A stretch of DNA of 64,000 nucleotides from a virus (Duplodnaviria > Caudoviricetes): positions 1 through 64,000 of the IMG/VR virus record IMGVR_UViG_3300021399_000103. The stretch is one strand, 5' to 3'. A model generated the notes under the pieces. That model was not told where the DNA came from. It made no database searches and was given only the letters and a program-made list of their open reading frames with translations. Positions within the stretch are counted from its first letter, which is position 1, and every line of letters starts with the position of its first letter. A program made the translations under genes and the position numbers. Shown here piece by piece: positions 41,250 through 54,838 of this stretch.

Positions 41250-44200
41250 ATGGCAGATTTAAATGCGAATAAAGTCGATGATATGCTTGAAGCGTTAAAT
41301 AGAGCTATTGAAATTCACACTAAGAATGCGGTGCAGGGATTACCGTATAACAAAAGTGAATTAGTTGAGATTGTCGATATTACTGAACGTAATCTGGGTA
41401 AGTATATCGTATGGAACGGCTCCGCAAGATATCAAGCTTTTTCTGAAAACACAGCCTATGAAATGGGAACAAAAGTTTATGTCAATATCCCGAATGATGA
41501 TTTTAAGGAACAAAAACATATTATTGGCCCGTATGTAGCAGATGGCGAAAGCGCGGTTTTTTATAGGAATCCATTAACAGATTTTCAGCCATTAACTGGA
41601 AATATCTTACAAGATAAGAAAGTTGGTGAAAAGAAAAATGGATATGATACTACGTATGGGTTAGTAGCTAATTATAATAAACAACCTTATTATAAAGTAG
41701 ATATTACTGAAGCAGACTATGAGTCAAATAAATACTTTATTAAAAATGAGAATGGTGAATATAAATTATGCGATGACGCAGAATTTGACGAAGAAAAGTT
41801 TTACTATTTATATGATGATAAAAAAAGTCAGGTTGTTGAAATATATCGAGCGCCAGACTTAAGTAGACCTTTTAAGTTAGAAAAACCTTCAGACCCAAAT
41901 TCAAAAGTATCATTAGACTTAGAGACACCGAGTTATCAAGGTTATAAATATATAGGCATTTCCGCAGAGTTTAAAACTTTATTAAATACATTCTCACCAA
42001 TAGCAGGAGATTATGGTATTGTTGTAACTATATGACATGCTGTAAAATATGATGTACAAGAAGACGCAGCTATTGAAAAACGAGATTATTTTTTAAGTGT
42101 TAAAGATATGATTGGAAACGTGTATAATTTTAATACATATTTCAAACAAGCTGTTTTATATGATATTTCTGCTTTTGGAGAAGTTCAAAGTATAATCGTT
42201 GGTTTTTATCAAAGAGGTAATTTTATTATGAGTAATAATAAAGAAGTACCTACTCATTATACTTTAAATGGAGATAGCCATCTTTTATCAGACAATATTT
42301 TGGTAAGAAATGTATCTGTTACTTTTGGTGATGATTTAATGGAACATAATGATAGGGCTATAATCTTTACTCGTAATGGAACCACTTATGATCCTGTACA
42401 AAAAGATATTCTTAATACTAAAACTATTGAGCTACGTTGAACCCATTTAAATTCTACTTCAGATGAATTTGAAAATTTGGATAGTTCCAAAGCAAGTTCT
42501 CAATGTGGTAATTATAAAATTCATTGATATGAAGATTCTATTCACGATAGAACTGATTATATTGCTTCAGTTCAAGCAGAAAGCGAAAATGTTGAAGTTA
42601 AAATGAAAGCATATAAAACTTGAGATGCTGTAGAAAGAAATGGGACTAGTACGGATGAGCAAATACAAGAAGCAAGAATTAATTTAATTAATACCTTTAA
42701 TTTAAAACAGGGCGTTGATTATCAATTTGATACTATGAATCCAGATAATCCTGTATTTATTGGAAAAATTGAGGAACGAATTAATCAAGTTATATCTAAC
42801 GCAAAAAATGCGTCAAACGTAAGTTCTTCAATAGCTGGTGATACATTAGCTGGGAGTGGATGAAAACCAATAGATGTTGCTAATACTGAGTGAAGTATAG
42901 ATTTTATTCCTAATTATAAACGTTCATATTCTAAGGTTATGGCTATCATAGAATATGATGAGGGTGATACTAAACACAAAATTAAATCTAATATATTACA
43001 ATTTGATAATTTAAGAATTACATCTAATTCTTTGTCTGATGATAAAGCGAGTGCTTTAAGAATTGGATTCAGCGATGGCACGGATGGAGATTATCCTATT
43101 TATAATGGAACTACTGGTGAATTATTAAGTAGAGAAGATGTAACTCGTGATCGTAAATTTCAAGCAACATGTAAATCATTGATTGATGATAAAGATTATT
43201 TAAATGGTAACGAAACTATAATTTGACAAATACCTAAAACTGGATCAATGATTTTAATGAATCAAACATTCTTAGAAGAAAATGGTTCAACTTTATTAGA
43301 TTCGACTGCGGATGAATTTAAATCATTTATTGGTACGTTGGATTATGATGCAAAATATTATTATATTAAACGCAGTGTTAGTGATTCACCAAATCCAGTT
43401 AATAGTAAACAAACATATCAGATTGCGCCATATTATAATAAGGCTAATACTAATAACACTATTTACTGCTATATAATTAAAAATAGTGATATATTTAAAA
43501 GTTCTGCTACATTAACTTTTGGTCAGCATGGAACATCTGGAACCGATTATACATTTAGTCTTGGGTTTATCCAGAAAATAGCTCCTAAAAAAGATGAAAA
43601 TAATAATATTATAAAAGATGGTAATGGTAATGAACTTTGAGGAGAAGTTATTGGGCAAGGTGATACAGCTTTAACTATTGGTGATGAGAATTATTTGGAA
43701 ATTGGGTTTGATTTATTTAATTCTAAAAACGAAAAAATAGATTTGACACCAGAGCAAAAAAATGCTATAATTAAATTATGAGTTGATAAAAAGGACTCAG
43801 AAAATAAAACAAGTATTGATGGTTTCTATTCTGGATTAAGTTTAGATGAAGATGATAATGTTGTTGGTAATGCTACTCATTTAGATTTTATCACAACAAA
43901 AAATGGTAATAATTACGATAGAGTTGCTGTAAAAACCAATAAAAATGATATTAATAATTTGCGATATATTGTTTTGCAAGCAGCGGTAACTAATAAAAAT
44001 GTTCAGACTGATGAATCTACATTAAAAGCAGTTAAATTTGTTCAATTGTTGCCTGTTCATGTTAGAGCAGCTGGAACTGATTGAGTGTTAAGAGGTTCTG
44101 ATTATATTGTTTATGATGATAAAGGTGCTAATCCTAGCTGTTATAATGATTATTATCAATTAATTGGTTCTAAAGGCGTAAAAAGAACAGGTTTTGAAAT

Positions 44201-47200
44201 TTATTTTGGCGCCGATATTTCGGAAGAGGCAAAAAATCGTGGCAATTATCCTCAGTTAATTGCTTTGAATACAATAAAAGAAAATATAAATGGAGAAGAA
44301 CAAGAAATAGGGATAGATTATAAACTACAAGTGCCTCCATTATATATAAATGGTTTGTCTAAAAATATAGCAATCACCCATGAAGATAATTTATATACTT
44401 GTCCGTTAGTTATACTTCAAAACAAATATCAAATACCTGCAATAAATAATTGGAATGGAGAATTAGTTGTTGATAGTGTAGGAAATAAAATTCTTGCTTC
44501 TATGGTTGGCGCTGGTCACAAAAATGAAAATAATACATTTACTGGTGTGTTAATTGGTGATGTAAGCCATGATAATGAAAAATTAACTGGATTATTTGGA
44601 TATGATGCTGGAGCAAGAGTATTTGAATTAAACACTAACGGTAAAGCATTTATTGGAAAATCTGGTAATGGTAGAATTTATATTGATGGGAATACTGGAA
44701 CTATTAAAAGCGCCGCCAGAGAGAGTAGTGACACAAAGGGCACAGAATTTAATTTAGCACAAAATTATATTGATGTTAGAAGTAGTAGTGATAATAATCT
44801 TAGTCGAATTCACTTGGATGTAACAACAGATAATGATACTGAGGCTTATTTTTCAATAGATAATGATAATGGCAATAGATTGATGCATATTGCTAATGAT
44901 GATTATTATTTACAAACTGATAATTACTCTGAAAAAAATAAAACAGGATTAAAATTAGACCTTAAACGAGGCATTTTAAATAGTTATGATAAAATAACTA
45001 TTAACGGCGGCAATGAATCAGAGATTTATTTTGGAAATACTAATAATTTTATTAAAATTGGGATAGATAAAAATAGTAATAGTTATTTTCAAATGGAAAA
45101 AAGAGTGGTCAGTGCAGATAGTGCTAATAATGCTTTAAATTCAGCTATTGTAAATTTAAGTAATGCTTTTATTGCGGAAGGAGAGTTAACTGAAGACTAT
45201 CGACCAATAACTGATGAAGATGGCAATAATATAGTAGTTCCTCAAGTTACAAATAGTGAAATAACTAATAAAAAGATTTCAAATTTAAAAACTTTTGAAG
45301 ATTATTGTGTTTTAAAAAATAATTTTTTAAGATCCAAACGATCTGATTTAGTAGTTGAAACTGAAAGTTTATCTGATATGGAGGAAATTTTAAATGAAGC
45401 ATGAATAAATTATGATACAAATAGAAAACAAAAACGTGATGAATATTTAAGAAAAATAGCACAATATCAGCAATATAATGATAATATTAGCAATATTCAA
45501 AATCTTAAAACAGAATTAGAAACGGCGCAAAATGATTTTGATTATAATACAGAAAATTCTTCTAAAAGAATATATTTTGATGGATTAACAAGCATATTGG
45601 GTGAGTCTAATGAATACTTAAATGAAGATGGAAAAACATATAATGAATATAATGATGAAAATATTAAAAATGAATATGTTGCTTATGAAGCAGCTGTTAT
45701 AGAAATTAATAAAGAATATAATGAAACAGAAGAAAGATTAAATAATTTATATAAAGCCGTACGAGAATTCGGTGATTTATATGAAATAGCTAATAACAAT
45801 TATCTTCAAGCACAACAAGAATTGGCTAGTTTAAATGAAGATCCTGATGCTTCCCCTGCTCAAATTCAAGAGGCAGAAAGGATTGTGCTTGAAAAAGAAG
45901 CAGCTAGAACAACAGCTTGAACTAATTATGCTAATAAACAAAAAGAATATAATGATGCGTATGAAAATAGTAATATCGAAAACCTTTTACGTATTGCTAA
46001 AGATAATGAAAATACTTTATTTCAAAAAAGAGAAAAATATTTAAACGCAAAAGAAACATTAGAACAAGCGCAAGAAGTTTATGATATGGTTTCAAATAAT
46101 TCTATAGGGGATACAATTAGTGATTTAATAGAATATTTAACGCAATCTGATAATTGAAAAAACCTAGAAGAAAATGATCTTTATTTAAATAATAATGAAG
46201 AATTAGCACATATGATTAAAGATGGAGAAAATGTTAATGATACTAGTAGTATTATAATTAATTATGAAAATGAAAACATTTCATATAAAAATCTTAATGA
46301 TAGAATTGCTAATAAAAAAGAAAATGTTAGAATTCTAACTAATGATTGTTCAATTATTGAAAAAGGGTATAATACATTATTAAATGCAATAAGAGAATAT
46401 AGCAATGCTCAAAATCTTGCCACCGGAACTTCTGGATCTATTGTAATAACAAATCAAGGAACGGAACGTATTAAAGTTGGCGAAAATTTTACTGTTGATG
46501 ATGAAGGTAATATTGAAGCAATTGGTGGCACTATTGGCGGTTGAGTTATTGGTAAAAATTATTTAAAATCAGCAAATGAACAAATATTTCTTTTACCAGG
46601 TACTCAATCTAGATGACGTCAAGTTATAAACGGAGGACTCTATACTAATTGAAAGATTTTGGTTGGATATAATAGGACAATTAATGTAGGATCTGATTAT
46701 TGAGACAAAAATCCAGATAAGAGAGCAGAAGAATATAGATTTGGCATTAATAATGAAGGTGAAATGTTTGCATCTGCTGGAAAAATTGGGGGATGAACTA
46801 TTGCTTCTGGATGATTATCAGCAGGCGATAATAATCAAGTAGTAGGAATGAATGTTACTAAGCGTAGCAATTATGATGCTTCAAAAGGAAGACTAAATTG
46901 GGCTTTTGTAGCAGGAGCACCAACCAACAGTTGAGCTGATTGAGATAAAGCACCTTTTAGAGTATCAAATACTGGAAAATTATATGCTAGTAGTGCAAAT
47001 ATTAGTGGAACTATTACCGCGACGGCTGGAAGTATAGGCGGATGTGAAATAAAAGATGGCGTACTTAAAGTTTCTTCTGCGAATATCACAAGTGTTAATG
47101 CAGATACAATTAATACTGGAACTTTAAGTGCCGATCGAATTGCTGCAAATAGCATTTCTGCATCAAAAATTAAAGTCGGAACATTAGATGTAAAAAATAT

Positions 47201-47417
47201 GTTATTTAATGGAAGTACGATTGGTCTTAATCGATTGGGTGTTTTAAAAAGTTTTTCAACTGATGCAAAAGATTTTCAATTTCCAAGTCAATGAAGCTAT
47301 ATTGATATTAATGGAAAAAAATATTGAGTCGGAAATAATTTAGTAACGCATCCAATAGCTGGGGTAAAATCTTGAGAAATGCAAGGTATTTATGTATTAG
47401 GGACTTATAGTTTATAA
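41250..47417 (+). CDS. large tail (tip/fibre) protein (~2055 aa, TGA=Trp)
   Basis: Same-frame fragments; GxIGG-W(TGA)-xI repeats and a long coiled coil. Confidence 0.7.
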
Positions 47418-47433
47418 TTAATGGGGTGTAAAA

Positions 47434-47826
47434 ATGAGACTTTCAAATAAGGATATATTAGAAATTTTAAATAATTATGATAAAAATTTTAATGAATCTT
47501 TAACAATTAATCTTCCTATTAAAATTGGATATTATATTCAAAAAAATATAAGAAAATTAAAAAATATAAAAGTAGATATTGATAAAATGTTGGTATATAT
47601 TGGAGAAAAATATGGCACATTAGAAGAAGATGGTTATGTAATTAAACCAGAAAATATGACACATGCACAAAAAGAATTAGATAATTTATACGGAATAACT
47701 CAAGAAATTAATATAGATACAATTTCATTAAATGATTTTCCGAATGATTTATTTATCAATATGAATCAATTAGATACTTTAATGTTTATGATAAAAGAGG
47801 AAAAGGAGACAGAAGAAAATGAATAA
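47434..47826 (+). CDS. hypothetical protein (tail-associated)
   Basis: 130-aa ORF. Confidence 0.65.
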   Translation: MRLSNKDILEILNNYDKNFNESLTINLPIKIGYYIQKNIRKLKNIKVDIDKMLVYIGEKYGTLEEDGYVIKPENMTHAQKELDNLYGITQEINIDTISLNDFPNDLFINMNQLDTLMFMIKEEKETEENE

Positions 47827-48022
47827 TCAAACAATTCAAACGCTCCAAAATATTTTGGATGCATTAATGACAATTAGTGTAAAAGGTGCTGATACAATTA
47901 CAATGGGTAATGTATTACAGGCAATGCAGCAAGTTATTGATACAGAACAATATCTTGCGCAGCAACCTAAGGACGCACCAGGTCAAGAACAACCTGATTT
48001 TATTCCAGAAGTAAAGGAATAA
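47819..48022 (+). CDS. small hypothetical protein
   Basis: AAGGAG RBS; overlaps the preceding gene by 8 bp. Confidence 0.65.
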   Translation: MNNQTIQTLQNILDALMTISVKGADTITMGNVLQAMQQVIDTEQYLAQQPKDAPGQEQPDFIPEVKE

Positions 48023-48035
48023 GAAAGGAGAAAGT

Positions 48036-51000
48036 ATGGCAAAATTATACCCACCATATATAGAGGGTACATTGCCAGCCTTTTGAGTAGATGATGAAGG
48101 GAATGGCGAGATGGTCATTCCCTTTGCTTTTAATAAAGCGGTATCTAAAGAAGAAATAAAGTCTTTATCTATAAAAATAAAATCAGTTCAGAATGATGTT
48201 TTATTAGGTTCTACTACTTTAGAAGATAACGGCGGTAGTTGATCTACTAATGGAGAAGTAAGATTTGAAGTAAAAGAATTTTATTTACAAAATGGTACTA
48301 GTTTAGGTATTAGTATAAGAAGAGGAATGTTTTATAAAATTCAACTTGCTTTTATTGATAAAGGTGGGACTGTTGGATATTATTCAACTGTTGGTGTTAT
48401 TAAGTGTACAAGCAAACCAACTGTAAGTATTGTAGGCTTTGATAAAAATAAAGTTAATAACAACAGCACTGAATTTATAGGTAGCTTTGTCCAGTCAGAA
48501 GGTGGCGATGTAACTGAAAAAGTGTATTCAAGTAATTTTAGAATTGTAGATTTACAAGGTAATGAAATTTTTGATACAGATGAAGTTTTACATAATGTAG
48601 AAAATAATCCAAATTCTTACTCTTCTGAAGATAGGGTATTATTCAATAGAGATTTAGATTTTGGTCAAATATATAGAATACAATATAACGTAACTACTAC
48701 TAATGGATTGAAAATATCAAGTCCAAGGTATTTGTTAACGCAACAAAAATCTTTAACAATGGAGTTTAAAGGTTTGTTAAAGGCAGCATTAAATTATGAA
48801 GATGGGTTTGTTGATGTCCAAACTATCGGTGCGGTAAGTGCGGACGGTGGCGAAGAGATTATTGATGGCACATTTGTGCTGGCAAGGGAAGATTCTTTAA
48901 ATCCAGGAGTATGAGAAGAATTAACGAGATTCGCTTTTAACCATGAATTTCCTACAAGAAATATATTTAGAGATTTTACAATAGAGCAAGGTAAAACTTA
49001 TACTTATTCTTTACAACAATATAATCCTTATGGGATTTATTCAGATAGGAAAAAATCTAATCAAGTATATGCGGATTTTGATGATATGTTTTTATATGAT
49101 GGTGAAAGACAGCTAAAGTTACGTCTTAATCCACAGGTAAGTAGTTTTAAAACTCAGCTTGCTGAATCACGTTCAGAAACGATTGGAAGTAAATATCCAT
49201 TCTTTTTTAGAAATGCAAGAGTTGGATATAAGACATTCCCAATATCTGGATTAGTATCAATGCGTACGGATGATAATGAATTTTTTGTTAATTATGAAGA
49301 TATAATTCGTGAAGATTTCATTGCCGATAGAGATGCTACGGATACAGTTGAAAGTAAGAAAAAATGATCTAAAGTTTATAACCATACAAATCTATTATCA
49401 GAAAATTTTGCTTCTGAAAGATTGTTTAAATTAGAGGTATTAGATTGATTAAATAATGGTAAGGTTAAATTATTTAGATCACCTGGTGAAGGAAACTATT
49501 TAGTGCGTGTAATGGACACTTCTTTATCGCCAAATGCGCAGATAGGTCGTATGCTGCACACAGTCTCGACAACCGCATATGAATGCGCAGATTGTATTTA
49601 TGAAAAGTTAGTTGAATATGGAATTATTAAGAACGTCTCTTCAGATTCAATTGCTGCTACAATAACCAATTGGAGAGAGCATAGTATTAATAATTTTTCA
49701 TTTAATGAAAATATTAATAACGGTTTAGCTTCTAATAATTTATTAGACGATAGTGAAGATTCAGCTTATACTACTTATTTAAGATTTATTGATTTTATTC
49801 CAGGTACTCGCTTTAAGTTAGTATTTGATCCTAGCGGGAATTTTAACAGTAGTAATTCAACCATTGTAGAAATTGGTTCTACTGGAGATTATTATGCGGA
49901 TGATGTAGAACCTGTTTATGGAATATATTTATTAAATAATTCTGTAACAAACGAACAGGGAAAGCCTTTATCATTGCAGTTTCCATCTAGCGGTGGCAGT
50001 GTCAGTTATCAGTATGAAACTCCAGGTCAAAATGAATTTAATCTGGTAAAAAGTACACAGGCAGATGTTGGTGCGTATGCTCAATTTGTTGGGCCTGTAG
50101 ATAATTTAGTAAAATCTGTTGAATGCGCAAAAGAGCAAGTTACACAAATTTGCATGTCTAATTATATTAAACGACCAGTTGAATATTTATATTATAGAGC
50201 TGGTGGTGGATCTTTTTCAACGGATTTAAAAAATATTTTTACAGATAAAGATAAAGAAAAAGGAACTAGAAATTTAGTAGATGGTTTGCGCTTATATTGA
50301 GATTTAAACTTCAGACCAACAGATGAATTTAATGATGATGAGTCTATGGAATATTCACCTTTTAGCTTATACATAGTTAAAAATATAGATATTGAGGGTC
50401 ATTTGGTTAATTGAGGTAGCGCAGATGATTATGAAGCGCAACATTCCGCTAATCACTATTTTGAAAAATATTACATTGATCGAATTATAAATGCGCAGAT
50501 TCCAGAAGAAGAATTAATTAATTATTGTGCAGTAATTGAAAAACTTGCAGAATTAGACGCGTTAGAAAACCCAGATGAGGAAGCCATTGAGGCAAAGGCG
50601 CAAATTAAGCAATGGTTAAATAATAATAAACTTTATATGATTGATGCATGGACTGGTGATATCTGGCCAGTTTCCGCAGATAATATATACGACCCAACTA
50701 TTACGTATAATGGAGAAAATATTGATTTAAGGGAAATTCAAAAATATAGTTTGGATAATGTTGATCCATTAGACTCTACTATTACTATTGGTAATGGTGT
50801 TTATGGAGAGATGTATTATCAAAGAGTTATTATTGAATATAGTTTTGAAGATAAGGTTTATCATTATGAAGATAAAGATGGGAATATCTATAATGATGAA
50901 GAAAAAAATATATATGAGAAAGAAAATCCTCCTATAAAAATTACTTACAAAAAAACTCCAAACCCAAATGGGTTGCCAGAAACTTGATGAGATGTTCAGG

Positions 51001-51707
51001 ATTGAGCAAGATATTATGCAATAGTTAATATTTTATTAGAGGGTAAAGATCCAGAGGATATTTCTGAAGAAGATTATTGACAATATTATCCAATGAATTA
51101 TTTAAAATTTTATAAAAAAACTGATGATATTGAATTTCTTCCTACATTTGGAGAGGTTCAAGCAGTTTTTGGCACAAAATGATCAGGTAGTTGAGGTAGA
51201 GATACAGATCATATACAAATGGTTATGCAACATTCAGATGGTACTTGATCTTCTCATGGATCATCATGCACTCATTCATTTTTTCAATTTATCCCAAATT
51301 TTAAAGTGTTAGATGACAATGGTGACGTAAAAAAATATTATGATAAAGAACATAATATAGAAGTACCAATGGAGACATGACGAGATGTTAGAGAAGATAC
51401 AAAAGTTTATGTCTATAGACCAACTTTTCCTGGTGAATTTGAATATGATTATGGTATAACTATAGAAGATGGTGGCAACAGTGAAATTGTTATTGATTTA
51501 AGTAAATATGCTGATTGAAATAAAGTTTACAGTAAACCAGCTTATGAAGCAGCGAAAGCTTTATTAGAACCAGAAAAAAATTCTAATAAGGGATGAAATG
51601 AAGAAAATCGTGATAATTTTACGATTGTTAATGATTACAATAAAAAATATGCTCAATTTAATAAAGATATAGATTATTATCTAAAGATATATAAAGAAAA
51701 GAAGTAA
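48036..51707 (+). CDS. large tail/baseplate protein (1223 aa, TGA=Trp)
   Basis: One frame from MAKLYPP to TAA; includes tandem TGA-TGA at 50985-50990. Confidence 0.7.
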
Positions 51708-51718
51708 GGAGGTAATTT

Positions 51719-54481
51719 ATGAAAGATCCAATGTTAGATGAAGAGTTTTTACATAAGTTAGATCAATATCCTCATAAGTTTTTATGAGCAAAAATTATCT
51801 CCTTAAATTTTGAAGAGTTCCCAATGGAAGAGATTACTGGTAAGATTACTGGTGGTAGTATCAATATTGATGGGAACTCTGCGGTTCGTCGCACATGCAG
51901 TTTAACCATGGTGGCGAATGATGTGGATATAAATAATTTTTATTGAAGTCTTAATACTAAGTTTAGAGTTGAGATAGGATTAGAAAATTGAATAGATGAC
52001 AGTTATCCAGATATTATTTGATTTAAACAAGGTATGTTTTTGATATCATCTTTTAACTGTTCTGTTGGAACTAATAACTATACTATTAGTATTCAAGGCA
52101 AAGACAAAATGGTATTATTGAACGGTGAAGTTGGTGGAGTTGTACCAGCGTCTTGAGATTTTGGTAAAATTGACGTTACGAATGATGATGGAACAGTAAC
52201 ACAAGATTTTTATCCAATTAAAGATATTATTTTACAAGCTGTTCATGAATATGCGCAAGAACCTTGAAGCAATATAATTGTTAATGACCTTGATGATTAT
52301 GGCATTGAATTGTTAGAATATATGGGTGAATCGCCATTATATTATATTATCGGTGAGCCAGATAGCGGTGATAATAATTCTAGAGAAATTTATCAAATGA
52401 CCATGGATGGCGATATGGATTGCTATGCTCGTTTGGATTATTGAGAAAATGGAGAAAGAAAAATTGGAGAGCAATATTTCCCAACAACAATTTCCCAGCT
52501 TGAAAATATTCCAGACACGGAGCGCACAAACGCAGCCGGCGCACTCTGCTATGAAAAGCTTATAGAGCAGCTTGATCCTAGCGGAAATGCCACGGAAACA
52601 ATAGATTATATGCCAGTAAAAATTACTTTTAGCACGGCACCTGGCGCACCTATTTATACAGTAGCAAAAATAACTAAAAACAATGGTATGCAAGTTTGCG
52701 GTTATAGAATTTGTGATATCGTTTATCCTTATGATTTAATTGCCTCTCCTGGTGAAGCTCTTACTTCAGTATTAGATAAACTTGTAAAAATGCTTGGTAA
52801 TTTTGAATATTTTTATGATGTAGAAGGAAGATTTATTTTTCAGAAGAAAAAAACATTTACTGATGTTTCTTATAATAATATTGTAAATGAGCATTCAATA
52901 AATTCAGAAGTATGAGCAGATAGTAGTCAGTATAACTCTAAATACTCTTATACTTTTGATAAAAACTACCTTGTATCTTCTATTCAAAACTCTCCTAATT
53001 TAAGCAATTTAAAAAATGATTTTTCTTTATGGGGCGAGCGCAAACAAGGAGATATAATAGTGCCCATTCACATGCGCTATGCTATAGATCATAAACCGAT
53101 GTGGTATAAAGTTATTGGTCATCATATTCAAAGAAATAAAAAAGGTCTTGCTTATAATAGTAAAGATAATATTAATGGTGATTATGAACAGACTGATTTA
53201 GAATATATAGATAAAGGAACTGGAAAAATTATAAAAAATCCTATGTATGAGCAAGTATCTGTAGATAAAAATACATATGTACCAGAAAAATATTATTATT
53301 TAGTTGGAGATACTTATGTATTAGATATTAGCCAAGAATTTAATGGAGAAGGAGAAATAATTTGTTATTTACCACTTACTGAAGTGTATGATGATGCTGG
53401 AGCTATTTTTTATACAGAAGAAGGTTTAGAATATATTAATAGTAGACGAAAAGAAGAAGGGTTAGATCTTATTGAGTTTACTAAAAATGATAAAGCTTAT
53501 TTAGTTGATTGACGTGAAATAATATATCAAATGGCTAATGATTATCGTCGTCATTATAGAGAAGAAGACTTTTTAATTAAAGTAAGAGATAACAATATGA
53601 TAACAAATTATGACTCTTTATATCCAAAAGGATATACTGGTTATGAAAAATATTATATTGACTTTGAAATGAATTTAAGCCAAGGAGTTGTTGCTTATTG
53701 GCGAGAAATATATAATTATGAGCAAGCTGGAAAAGAAGGTAGATATTTATCTAATGGAAATTTTGAGTGTGTAGATGATGAAAGTACGCCAGCTTGAGAT
53801 GGAGATACCGTTTATGCAAAAGATGTTTTGGTTCGACATGGCGAAAAAGTTTATCGCTCAACAGAAAATGGTAATAAGACTGAACCAGAGGCGGTAGAAA
53901 ATCATTGATCAGAATTTTTAAGTGAATTTAGATATAATGAAAGTGGGTGAAATCCAGATGTTCTTGATAATCCAGAAGCACTTAATTTCTGATTTGATTT
54001 TTTAGATACTGCTGGTGATTTAAATAAGTACACTGTAAGCAATATTGGTCAAAGGACAAAAGCAACTAATGATACAACAATAAAAGCCATTTATTTTAGA
54101 GAAACTCCTAATGTTATATTTTATTTAACAGAGGATGAAAAAGAAAAAAGTAAAAGAAAATTTCTGTCAGAATGAATAAAACCTGGATATAGTTACATTC
54201 ATATTCCTGCTGGATTAGATAATTTGTTTGCCATTAGTTCAAGAGGCAAGAATGCTATGGATGTAATTGATGAATATCTTTATTCTTATACTTATCCAGC
54301 GAGTGCAGTTAATTTAAATACAATACCTATTTTTTATTTAAGTCCTAATACTTTAATTTATGTAGAAGATAAAGATACTGGTATTATTGGTGAATATATT
54401 GCACAAAAATTTTCTTTTCAACTTGGGACAACAGCTCAAATGACAATTAATGCAGTACAGACTGCGAAGAGATTATATTAA
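51719..54481 (+). CDS. tail hub-like protein with CBM5/12-like module (920 aa, TGA=Trp)
   Basis: GSINIDGNSAVRRTC, FEYFYDVEGRFIFQ, and PA-W-DGDTVY...VRHGEKVYRS. Confidence 0.65.
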
Positions 54482-54496
54482 GGAGGAATTGGGATA

Positions 54497-54835
54497 ATGG
54501 CAAAAAAGATAGCTCAATTTTACTATAAATCAGATAATGCTAATGAGAGAAATCGTCCATCTGGCGCAACAAAAGCAGCTTTTATTGATGGAACTATTTT
54601 TGCAGATGTTTTTCCGATTTCTCAGTTGGGTATCCAAGGATTACCAGGAACAAAATTTTATTTAAATGGTAATATTAATCCTATTGTAATAGGAGCTTCT
54701 GGCATTTATGATTTAGATATTAAAAATGGAGCCAGAGTTACTGATTTAAGTTTTGCTGCAAATTCAATGAATAATATTGATAACAGTAATTCTGGATATT
54801 TAATAGTAGATGTTTTATATGGAGAGGAGGATTAA
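54497..54835 (+). CDS. small tail-associated protein
   Basis: QLGIQGLPGTKFYLN motif; GGAGG RBS. Confidence 0.65.
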   Translation: MAKKIAQFYYKSDNANERNRPSGATKAAFIDGTIFADVFPISQLGIQGLPGTKFYLNGNINPIVIGASGIYDLDIKNGARVTDLSFAANSMNNIDNSNSGYLIVDVLYGEED

Positions 54836-54838
54836 AAT